In this document: one piece after another, positions 1-7,736 of the stretch
Layout: every line of letters starts with the position of its first letter
Numbering within the stretch: the first letter of the stretch is position 1
Sequence record: MN988554.1
Source: Rhizobium phage RHph_I72
Strand: one strand, 5' to 3'
DNA: 32,000 bases
Notes under the pieces: model-generated
Seen by the model: only the letters and a program-made list of their open reading frames with translations
What the model was told of the DNA's origin: nothing
The model's database searches: none
Translations under genes and position numbers: made by a program

Positions 1-4
1 CGAG

Positions 5-421
5 ATGGTCGCAAAGTTTCACCGCACATGGATCGTGACCGCCGGTTGGGCGCACCCGATCTGGAATCAATACGCAATCCTCCTGTTCGACCTGAAGGTG
101 GAACCGCCGGAAAAGCCGCCGTACATCGCCAGACCTGGCATGAACTATGAGTTCCATCTCTACGCTCTCGACCCGGGCGCCGTGATCACTGAGGTGGATG
201 CGACCGCCGATTGGGAGCCGATCAAGGACGAGGGGCTGAAGCTCCTTCAGCCGGCAAACCACGCTTATCAATTCTTCTGCCCCGATGACGAGAAGGCCCA
301 GAAGTGGATCCAGTCCCTTGTCGATCTCATCAAGGCCCGGAAGCTCTCCCCCGACACCGACTGGACGCGGACCTGGAATGAGATCTTTTTCCAGGCCGGT
401 GCGGTTTCTTTGAAAAGGTAA
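5..421 (+). CDS. hypothetical protein (may extend upstream of the window)
   Basis: 138 aa ORF, same strand as and 6 bp upstream of the radical SAM gene. The reading frame is open to the window edge, so the start is uncertain. Confidence 0.6.
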   Translation: MVAKFHRTWIVTAGWAHPIWNQYAILLFDLKVEPPEKPPYIARPGMNYEFHLYALDPGAVITEVDATADWEPIKDEGLKLLQPANHAYQFFCPDDEKAQKWIQSLVDLIKARKLSPDTDWTRTWNEIFFQAGAVSLKR

Positions 422-427
422 ACGACA

Positions 428-1837
428 ATGCAGAATGAATCCGAATGGCTCCTGGGCCAGAGCGATGAGCCCGCCCAGGACGCTTACCGCTTCTTCATGC
501 GGCCCGATCCCGATATGCGGGAATTCCTCGGGCCGATTGAATATGAAGACGATCCCCTGACCCGCAAACACGCCAAGTTCCGCATGGCGAAGGTCGCGAT
601 GATCCGGGGTGCCGATCCGTCGAAAGAGGTCAAAGTCTACATCGGCTTTGACGATAAGTCCTATGCGCCGCATATCCGGCTGGAGAAGGGCAAGGATCTC
701 CAGGGATGGTATCAGGGCAAGGGCGCCGCATCGGCGGCTTCTCGCGAGCGTCCCTGCATGACAGACGCGATCCTCACCGAGCCCTACGGTGGCTTCTGCA
801 CCGTGGGCTGCGCGTTCTGCTACGTCAACTCGGGCGTCAAGGGCTATCGTGGCTCTGGGCTGATCACGGTCCCGATTGGATACGGTGATCACGTCGGGCG
901 CCAGCTCGATACGATGAAGACCGCTTCTGCCGGATACTTTTCCAGCTTCACAGATCCCTTCCTACCTCTGGAGGAGATTTACCGTAATACCAGACGGGGA
1001 GCGCACGCTTTTGTAAAGCGTGGGTTGCCCATCTTCTTTCTCTCCCGTCTTAGCTATCCCGGCTGGGCAGTCGATATGCTCCAGAAAAACAAGTACAGCT
1101 ACGCCCAGAAGTCGCTGAACACATGCGATCCGGACGACTGGGAAAAGCTTTCCCCGGGCGCACTGCCCCTCCTGGAGCATATCGAGCAGATCGGCGAGCT
1201 TCGCAAGCGAGGCATATATACCTCCATCCAGGTCAATCCCGTCGTCCCCGGGGTCACGTCGGTTGAAGACATCATGAAGCTTTTTGACATGCTCGCGGCG
1301 GTCGGGAATAACCACGTCATCGTCAAGTTCGTGGAAGCCGGATATGCTTGGGCTGGGACCATGGTCGAACGGATCAAGAAGCGTTTCGGAGAGAACCGAG
1401 GCAAGTTCTTCGAAAGCCTGTTCACCGACAATATGGGGGGTCAGAAGTGCGTCGATGAGCAATGGAGGCTCGATGCCCATAGGCGGCTCCAGGAGCACGC
1501 GACCAAGGTTGGGATGACCTATTCGACCTGCTATGAATACGCCTATACCGACCGGGCGGCGGACGGGTCGTTGCTCAGTAAGAAAACCAGGTCCATTGGA
1601 CCCGATCTTCTTACTGCCGATCAGTGCCACGGCCAGCGCGTCCCAATGTACACCCGGCTGGATACCTCGGTGCCGTTCTCCGAAGTCGCCGAGTGCCCAC
1701 CCTCGGGCTGTCTGTCTTGCGGCGACAAGTCGTCCGAAGGCCGGGGAGCCTGCGGCTCACTCCTGTTCGGGGCGGCGAAGGCCAACCGCCTGCCGGACTT
1801 CAAGAAAAGTGCTTACGACCGGGAGGTGAAGCCGTGA
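428..1837 (+). CDS. radical SAM enzyme, probably a DNA base-modification enzyme
   Basis: CxxxCxxC cluster motif in 'YGGFCTVGCAFCYVNSG'; C-terminal Cys group 'ECPPSGCLSCG...GACG'. First of a run of base-modification-type genes. Confidence 0.85.
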   Translation: MQNESEWLLGQSDEPAQDAYRFFMRPDPDMREFLGPIEYEDDPLTRKHAKFRMAKVAMIRGADPSKEVKVYIGFDDKSYAPHIRLEKGKDLQGWYQGKGAASAASRERPCMTDAILTEPYGGFCTVGCAFCYVNSGVKGYRGSGLITVPIGYGDHVGRQLDTMKTASAGYFSSFTDPFLPLEEIYRNTRRGAHAFVKRGLPIFFLSRLSYPGWAVDMLQKNKYSYAQKSLNTCDPDDWEKLSPGALPLLEHIEQIGELRKRGIYTSIQVNPVVPGVTSVEDIMKLFDMLAAVGNNHVIVKFVEAGYAWAGTMVERIKKRFGENRGKFFESLFTDNMGGQKCVDEQWRLDAHRRLQEHATKVGMTYSTCYEYAYTDRAADGSLLSKKTRSIGPDLLTADQCHGQRVPMYTRLDTSVPFSEVAECPPSGCLSCGDKSSEGRGACGSLLFGAAKANRLPDFKKSAYDREVKP

Positions 1838-2322
1838 CCATCATTCATATTCCAGGAACGGTCGGCGAGCGGCGACTTCACTTCACTATCGGTCCGCCCG
1901 GGTGCGGGAAGACGACGCTGGCCCAGACCTTCCTCCAACAGCCCAAAAGAGCGGTCGTCTCCCTGGATGGGCTGCGACACGCGTTGTTCAACGGTAAGCG
2001 GGCCTTCTGGGACAACCCGACCGAGGAGCGGCGATGGCTCGTCCGGAAAGCCTATGACGCCATGTGCTACGATCTGAGGGAACGAACGGATTGGGATATC
2101 ATGCTGCCCAATACCAACCTAGATCCTTGGTTCTGGGATCATGCGCAGATGTGTTTCTACCAGTGGGATATCGTGGTCCACATCTTCGATGACGTCCCGC
2201 TCAAGACGCTCCTGGAGCGCGGGGCGCAGCGCCCGGTTGAAGACAAGATCTCCCCCGAGGTGATCACCGAGTATTACGAGCGCTTTATTGCTCACGACGC
2301 CTACTGGAGGAGCCTCAAGTGA
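1834..2322 (+). CDS. P-loop (polynucleotide-kinase-like) kinase
   Basis: Walker A 'FTIGPPGCGKTTLAQTF', then 'SLDGLRHALF' typical of PNK/AAA_33-like kinases. GTG start at 1834 overlaps the upstream stop; the track ORF starting at 1624 is over-extended. Confidence 0.8.
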   Translation: MTIIHIPGTVGERRLHFTIGPPGCGKTTLAQTFLQQPKRAVVSLDGLRHALFNGKRAFWDNPTEERRWLVRKAYDAMCYDLRERTDWDIMLPNTNLDPWFWDHAQMCFYQWDIVVHIFDDVPLKTLLERGAQRPVEDKISPEVITEYYERFIAHDAYWRSLK

Positions 2323-2546
2323 GCGAGAAGCTAACGCGCATCAGAGTGCCGGGGAGGACCGGCGGCGAATTCGGTTTCATGGATTGGGGTGAAAAGACGA
2401 GAGCCGAGATGGTTCAAACCATTCGCCTTCGCGCCGACTATATGAGGGAAATCGTTGCGGCTATCGACGCGACGGCTGACGCAGATTTTGAAGTGGACGT
2501 CGTTCGCGGGAGCCTCATCCAACGCCACTTGAGGAAGATCCCATGA
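2319..2546 (+). CDS. small hypothetical protein
   Basis: 75 aa; ATGA overlaps with both neighbours. Confidence 0.6.
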   Translation: MSEKLTRIRVPGRTGGEFGFMDWGEKTRAEMVQTIRLRADYMREIVAAIDATADADFEVDVVRGSLIQRHLRKIP

Positions 2547-3355
2547 GAGACGACCTTGTTGAAGATCCGATTGAGTGGGGGCGGCAGCTCATCAAGACCG
2601 AGGATCATGACCCCCTTTACTCGGGGCTCTGCCGGTGGGGAGCCGATATGCGCGGCTCCCGGGTGCGCCGGTTCCTCCTCACATACTGGTGCTGCTACAG
2701 CGTTGGCGCGGCCTGGTTCATCTCAAAGCAGTCCGGATCTCGCTATTGGGATCTGCTTGAGCAGGCGGCAGCGAATGTTCGCGGACCGTCCGAATTTGGC
2801 TATGGCTTCGACCGCTGGCCGCGCGCTCATGAACGCCGGCATTGGCGCGGTCAGAAGTGCGTGGATAGCGTGCTGTGGTTGCGCGGCGCGTTTCGCCATC
2901 CCGAGGAAGCGGTCATCAGCCTGGAGATGTGCCGGACCCTCGCCGACGTCGAAGCGGTCGCTCAGCGCTGGCCTCTGTTTGGGCCATGGATTAGCTTCAA
3001 GATCGCCGACATGCTAGAGCGCGTCCTAGGTGTGCCCGTCGCGTTCCCAGACGCGATTACATCTCTGTATAAGGATCCACGCGAGGGGGCAGATTTGATG
3101 GCACCCTATCTGGGTCTGGATAACCCCCAGGAGGTCACCGAGCGGCTTCTAGGGGAATACGGTTACACTGATGCCCCGGGGACGGATAAGCGCCACCGGC
3201 CCTGCAACGTCCAGGAGGTTGAAACCGTCCTGTGTAAGTGGAAATCCGCCCGCAAGGGTCACTACTGGTTGGGCTGCGATACGTCGTCGCATCGCAAGGA
3301 GCTTTCCGAGTGGGGCGCTACGGATCTCCTGAACGTGTATCCCAACGGGAAATGA
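2543..3355 (+). CDS. alpha-glutamyl/putrescinyl thymine pyrophosphorylase clade 2-like (amino acid:DNA transferase candidate)
   Basis: 'RVRRFLLTYWCCYSVGAAWFIS', 'WPRAHERRHWRGQKCVDSV' and helix-hairpin-helix-like 'WPLFGPWISFKIADMLERVLGVPVAF' resemble the aGPT-PPlase2 family. Genomic context agrees. Confidence 0.7.
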   Translation: MRDDLVEDPIEWGRQLIKTEDHDPLYSGLCRWGADMRGSRVRRFLLTYWCCYSVGAAWFISKQSGSRYWDLLEQAAANVRGPSEFGYGFDRWPRAHERRHWRGQKCVDSVLWLRGAFRHPEEAVISLEMCRTLADVEAVAQRWPLFGPWISFKIADMLERVLGVPVAFPDAITSLYKDPREGADLMAPYLGLDNPQEVTERLLGEYGYTDAPGTDKRHRPCNVQEVETVLCKWKSARKGHYWLGCDTSSHRKELSEWGATDLLNVYPNGK

Positions 3356-3384
3356 TTGCCTATCCCCGGGGGAGGGGATAGCCT
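3356..3384 (+). promoter_or_regulatory. possible promoter (TTGCCT-N17-TAGCCT) containing the inverted repeat CTATCCCC-N6-GGGGATAG
   Basis: Intergenic; perfect 8-bp arms at 3360-3367 and 3374-3381. Confidence 0.4.
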
Positions 3385-3425
3385 GATCTAAGCCTACCTC
3401 AAAGCCTCAGAAAAGGAGCATCACT

Positions 3426-4034
3426 GTGATTATCAATATTCGCGGCACCAACGGTTCCGGGAAGACGACCCTGGCGAGAACGTTCCAGGATCACCCCTCA
3501 GCCCGCGTCGTCAACCTGGTCGATTACGCGGCGCCGACCAAGAAAGATCCCGAAGCGATCAAGTTTGTCACCGGGGTCGTCACCGATCTCCCGGGCGTCG
3601 GTTCGGTCTGCTGTGTGGGCTCCTATTCCCAAGCCCAAGGGGGGCTCGATACCGTCCCCAACTTTGAGCTCCAGAGGATGGCGATTGCTCACGCGGCGGC
3701 GATCTGCGACCACGTCGTGTGCGAAGGCATTCTGGCTTCGACCGTCGCTGGATCGTTCGTTGAATTCTTCACGCGCATGCAGATCGCGGGCCATAAGGTC
3801 GCCGTCTGCTATCTTGATACACCCCTCCAGATGTGCCTTGATCGCATAAAGGCCCGGCAGGAGAAAGCCGGGAAGGTTCGGGACATCAAGACCGACCAGG
3901 TGGCCGACAAGGTGAAGGCTATCGCCGCGACCCGGGCGAAGTTCGACGCTGCCGGCATTCCGACCTACACGCTGTTCTCTCGCGAGGATATGTGTGAGGC
4001 TCAACTCCACGTCATCATGGGAGAGCAGGCATGA
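3426..4034 (+). CDS. P-loop kinase, candidate 5-hmdU DNA kinase catalytic subunit
   Basis: Walker A 'IRGTNGSGKTTLARTF'; GTG start after AAGGAG. Lies between the aGPT-PPlase2-like and HMUDK_hel-like genes. Confidence 0.7.
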   Translation: MIINIRGTNGSGKTTLARTFQDHPSARVVNLVDYAAPTKKDPEAIKFVTGVVTDLPGVGSVCCVGSYSQAQGGLDTVPNFELQRMAIAHAAAICDHVVCEGILASTVAGSFVEFFTRMQIAGHKVAVCYLDTPLQMCLDRIKARQEKAGKVRDIKTDQVADKVKAIAATRAKFDAAGIPTYTLFSREDMCEAQLHVIMGEQA

Positions 4035-4327
4035 CTTTCGACGCTAACGCCATCAACGAGGCGGCTATGGGGCAGGCCACTCGTGTCGCCGAGGAAATCG
4101 GTCAGGAGATCCTGGAGATTATCCAGAAGTATTCCGAGACCAACAAGGACGTCAAGGATATGGCCTTGATCGGCGAAACGTCCAACCCCGAGATGGCGCT
4201 GCGGCTCACCATCATGGCGGTCGGCGGTCTGGTCAACGGCTATCCGCGGCTGGAGGGACCGTCTCACAAGGCGTTCCTGACCAAGGTCTTCCTTATGTCC
4301 TTGGGTTACGAGGAGATTGTGCTGTGA
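4031..4327 (+). CDS. hypothetical protein
   Basis: 98 aa; ATGA overlaps with both neighbours. Confidence 0.65.
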   Translation: MTFDANAINEAAMGQATRVAEEIGQEILEIIQKYSETNKDVKDMALIGETSNPEMALRLTIMAVGGLVNGYPRLEGPSHKAFLTKVFLMSLGYEEIVL

Positions 4328-5343
4328 ACGACGCTCTCTGGAACTGGATCAACGAGCGTCACGCGATCTACATTCGCAAGAGCCTGCGCGAGGGCAAATC
4401 AAGCGTTTCCCTCTTCCCCAACGCCGACGTCGCGAGCAACTACCTGGACGAGTTCCTTTGGGCTTCGAAGGGATACCCGGACGGAAAAGGAACCCATGCG
4501 GCGTTCTCTGATGACCCTATCCTCCAGCAATACAGGTTCTGCAACGTCTTCCGGGAGCTGGACCGCGTGACCGCTTGGATCCGGTTCAATATCCGCCGGA
4601 AGTGGGCAGATCACCCGAACCTCTGGATCATGCTCGCGATTGCCCGGACGATCAACTGGCCGGACACGCTTCAATTCCTGATTGACAGCCAGTACGCCTG
4701 GCCGGACAATCAGGATTGGAAACCCGAGTATCTGACCCGAGCCCTGGAATATTACGCCAAGCAGGGCAACAAGGTCTACACCGGCGCCTACATGATCCGG
4801 GCCGAAAGCGACCCCAAGAAGGAGTGGTACAGCTGGTCCAAGCACCGCTATATCGCCGAGATCGTGATTGGTCGGCTGTGGGAGGATCGGACCGAGTTTC
4901 AGGAGTATCTGGAGCGCCCGCCCGAGGTTGATAGCCTGACGGGCGTCACCCCTACCCTCCATGGAGCTTGGTCGATGTTCCAGCAGCCTCGTTATATTGG
5001 CTGGGGACCGTTCATGGCGTATCAGGTCGTGGTCGATATGAGGTGGACGAGGTATCTGGAGAACGCCCCGGATATCAACCGCTGGGCAGCGCTCGGTCCG
5101 GGCTCCCGACGCGGCTTGAATCGGCTCGCCGGTCGCCCGGTCGATTATCCTCTCAAGCAGGAGGATGGACTGGAGGAGATGAGGGCGCTCTGGGCAGAGC
5201 AGGATCGCCGCCGAGCCCCATGGGTTCCCCCAATCGATCTCTCGGACATTCAGAACGCGCTGTGCGAGACTGACAAATATCTGCGCGTCAAAAACGGCGA
5301 GGGCAAGCCCCGAGCCCTTTATCATCCTGGAAGGGGATACTGA
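4324..5343 (+). CDS. 5-hmdU DNA kinase helical-domain-like protein
   Basis: 'DDPILQQYRFCNVFRELDRVTAWIRFNIR' resembles the HMUDK helical domain. No Walker A motif in this ORF. Confidence 0.7.
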   Translation: MNDALWNWINERHAIYIRKSLREGKSSVSLFPNADVASNYLDEFLWASKGYPDGKGTHAAFSDDPILQQYRFCNVFRELDRVTAWIRFNIRRKWADHPNLWIMLAIARTINWPDTLQFLIDSQYAWPDNQDWKPEYLTRALEYYAKQGNKVYTGAYMIRAESDPKKEWYSWSKHRYIAEIVIGRLWEDRTEFQEYLERPPEVDSLTGVTPTLHGAWSMFQQPRYIGWGPFMAYQVVVDMRWTRYLENAPDINRWAALGPGSRRGLNRLAGRPVDYPLKQEDGLEEMRALWAEQDRRRAPWVPPIDLSDIQNALCETDKYLRVKNGEGKPRALYHPGRGY

Positions 5344-6416
5344 TGATTGTAGTCGAAGCAAGAAACGTGAACGACGCGCTGTGGAGGGGGGCTTCAATCC
5401 TCAAATCGCAGGGCGTCCAGCGGGATAGCCGCAACGGGCCGGTGCTCCAAATGCCGTGCCCGGTGACGACAGCTTACAGCAACCCGACCGAGCGCGTCAT
5501 GCTACACCCGGGGCGTGACGCCAATCCCTTTTTCCACCTGGTCGAAGCCCTGTGGATGATCGCCGGTCGCAACGATCTCGCGACCCTGACGCCCTACGTC
5601 AAGAACATGGTGAATTTCTCCGACGATGGCGGGAAGACCCAGCCGGGGGCGTATGGTCATCGGTGGCGGAAGCATTTCCTTCGCCCCGGTTTGGGTAACA
5701 GCTGGATCGATCAGCTACCTTGGGCTATTCGTCGCCTGAAGGACGATCCGAATGACCGCCGCGTCGTGATCCAAATGTATGACGCTGAGGTGGACCAAGA
5801 CGCAGCTGACGACGGCGGCAAAGATATCCCCTGCAACCTGATCGCGCTGCCGACGATCAACATCTACGGCGCTCTGGACCTTACGGTGTTCAACCGGTCC
5901 AATGACATGGTCTGGGGCGCCTACGGTGCCAACGCGGTGCATTTCTCGGTGCTCCAGGAGGTTGTCGCGGCGGCGGTCGGCGTTCCGGTCGGTTACTACT
6001 ACCAGGTGTCCAACAACTTCCATGGATACCTCGCGACCCTCGGGAAGGCTGGGGACGATTGGCCGTGGGGCTTCGCTGGTCCTGCGGATGAGGTTTGGGG
6101 CTCCCCCAATCCGGACCCCTATGAAGCCGGCACCATCCGCCCGTTCCCGATCTGGTCTGACGGTCTGGATACAAGGCTCAATCTCCAGTCGCTGACCGAG
6201 GACATCATCATGTTCTTGGAAGACCCGGCCCGCGTCGGTATCCGCTCGGCGTTCCTTCGCAAGATCGCCTGCCCGATGGTGATGGCTCATCGGGCGGCGA
6301 AAGCCAAGGACTACGAGGCATCTGAAGAAATTCTTCAGCAGATGCCTCATAACAACGACTGGAGAGCCGGGGCTGAGCTCTGGATCAAGAACCGCAAAAC
6401 GCCCAAGGAGGGGTAA
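5343..6416 (+). CDS. thymidylate synthase-like protein / putative dUMP hydroxymethylase
   Basis: Catalytic-Cys region 'DIPCNLIALP', 'FNRSNDMVWGAYGANAVHFSVLQE' and 'YYYQVSNNFHGY' correspond to TS-fold substrate and cofactor motifs in diverged form. Confidence 0.8.
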   Translation: MIVVEARNVNDALWRGASILKSQGVQRDSRNGPVLQMPCPVTTAYSNPTERVMLHPGRDANPFFHLVEALWMIAGRNDLATLTPYVKNMVNFSDDGGKTQPGAYGHRWRKHFLRPGLGNSWIDQLPWAIRRLKDDPNDRRVVIQMYDAEVDQDAADDGGKDIPCNLIALPTINIYGALDLTVFNRSNDMVWGAYGANAVHFSVLQEVVAAAVGVPVGYYYQVSNNFHGYLATLGKAGDDWPWGFAGPADEVWGSPNPDPYEAGTIRPFPIWSDGLDTRLNLQSLTEDIIMFLEDPARVGIRSAFLRKIACPMVMAHRAAKAKDYEASEEILQQMPHNNDWRAGAELWIKNRKTPKEG

Positions 6417-6599
6417 ATGGCGAAGATCAACCTACAGCTGAACGTGGAGCTCATGCCCGAGGACGTTCAGCCCAAGAACAGTTACCGCTACCGGTTCATG
6501 GACGGCGATAACGCGGTGGAATCAATCTACATCAAGCGTCACGCTTTCTCCGGCAAGCCGCCTCAGAAGCTGACCATAGCGATCCGAGGCGAAGAATGA
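6417..6599 (+). CDS. small hypothetical protein
   Basis: 60 aa; immediately follows the TS-like gene and overlaps the next start. Confidence 0.55.
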   Translation: MAKINLQLNVELMPEDVQPKNSYRYRFMDGDNAVESIYIKRHAFSGKPPQKLTIAIRGEE

Positions 6600-7126
6600 G
6601 CCGGTTCCCTCTTACAGACCGTATCCGCGCTGTGCGCGAGGCTGGCGCGGTAGAGCGCTGCCACGTCATCCCACACATTCGGCCATACGATAATGCCCGC
6701 CACACCTACGGCGTGTGCTGCCTGCTTCGGCTCCTGTGGCCTGAGTCGCCCCAGCTGGTCGATTTCGCTTTGTTCCACGACACCCCCGAGCGCTGGACCG
6801 GCGACGTCCCTGGGCAAGTCATCCGGAACAACCCCGATCTCGGCGCGGTCCTCAAGGAGCGTGACCGGGAAATAACGAACCTCTTCAAGCTTCCCTGTGA
6901 GTTCGATCTCAATGAGATTGACTTCGCAAGGTTCAAGGCCTGTGATCGCCTTGACTTCTGGCTGTGGACGTTCGATGAAGAAGCCTTCGGAAATCGGCAC
7001 GTGCTGAATTCCCGAGGGGAAATTGAACGACATATCTTCAACGATCCCCGCACCCCACAGGAAGTCATCAATTTGATGAACGATTTCCGCGTGGAGGGCT
7101 GGAGACGCCTACCGGAGACACTTTAA
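6596..7126 (+). CDS. HD-domain phosphohydrolase (YfbR-like 5'-nucleotidase / dNTP hydrolase candidate)
   Basis: 'ERCHVIPHIRPYDNARHTYGV', 'FALFHDTPE' and 'ACDRLDFWLW' fit the H...HD...D pattern of the HD superfamily. Confidence 0.75.
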   Translation: MSRFPLTDRIRAVREAGAVERCHVIPHIRPYDNARHTYGVCCLLRLLWPESPQLVDFALFHDTPERWTGDVPGQVIRNNPDLGAVLKERDREITNLFKLPCEFDLNEIDFARFKACDRLDFWLWTFDEEAFGNRHVLNSRGEIERHIFNDPRTPQEVINLMNDFRVEGWRRLPETL

Positions 7127-7522
7127 ATGAACGCAGTTCAGCAGGTTGGTGGAACCCACTACGCCGCAGCCTATCAACATTGGGACTGGGCGGTTGATAC
7201 CGGCCTGGACTACATGGAGGGTAACGCATCCGCCTACGTTACCCGCTTCAAGAAGAAAGGCGGGATCATCGACCTGGAGAAGGCGGTGAGCTACATGGAG
7301 AAGCTTCGCCAGAAGTTTGTCGATCAGCAGGCTCCAATCATCCCGGCGGGGGTTCGCCCCTGGCGCGATGAGATCAAGCTCACCCGGTTCCTCCTCGCCA
7401 ATGACCTGGTGGATACCCTCCCCGGGTTTATCATCAAGAAGATGGATAGCTGGCGGGACGAAGGTGACCTGCTCGTTATCATCTACAACCTTCAGGAATT
7501 GATTAATGAAACACGAGTTTGA
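7127..7522 (+). CDS. DUF3310 family phage protein
   Basis: 'GGTHYAA...YMEGNASAYVTRFKKKGGIIDLEKAVSYMEKL' matches the DUF3310 pattern. Confidence 0.7.
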   Translation: MNAVQQVGGTHYAAAYQHWDWAVDTGLDYMEGNASAYVTRFKKKGGIIDLEKAVSYMEKLRQKFVDQQAPIIPAGVRPWRDEIKLTRFLLANDLVDTLPGFIIKKMDSWRDEGDLLVIIYNLQELINETRV

Positions 7523-7736
7523 AGGCGTCCTTCAGGACGTCCAGACCAAATTCGGCGTTACCCGGGAGGAGCTTCTATGCCCCTCCCGGGGATCGGCCGC
7601 AGTCGCCGAGATCCGTCAACAGGCGATGTACGAGTGCTGGCTCAAGGAACGCAATTTCACGGCGGTCGGTAACTTCTTCGTTCGTGACCGTACGACCGTC
7701 CGCCACGCCGTCCGGAAAATCGAGAATCAGAAATGA
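7506..7736 (+). CDS. DnaA domain IV-like small DNA-binding protein
   Basis: 'FGVTREELLCPSRGSAAVAEIRQQAMYECW...FTAVGNFFVRDRTTVRHAVRKIE' resembles the Bac_DnaA_C helix-turn-helix. Confidence 0.65.
   Translation: MKHEFEGVLQDVQTKFGVTREELLCPSRGSAAVAEIRQQAMYECWLKERNFTAVGNFFVRDRTTVRHAVRKIENQK

Noticed and set aside
4399-5397. 332 aa open frame on the minus strand
   Set aside because: Antisense to the HMUDK_hel-like gene, whose conserved motif is clear on the + strand.
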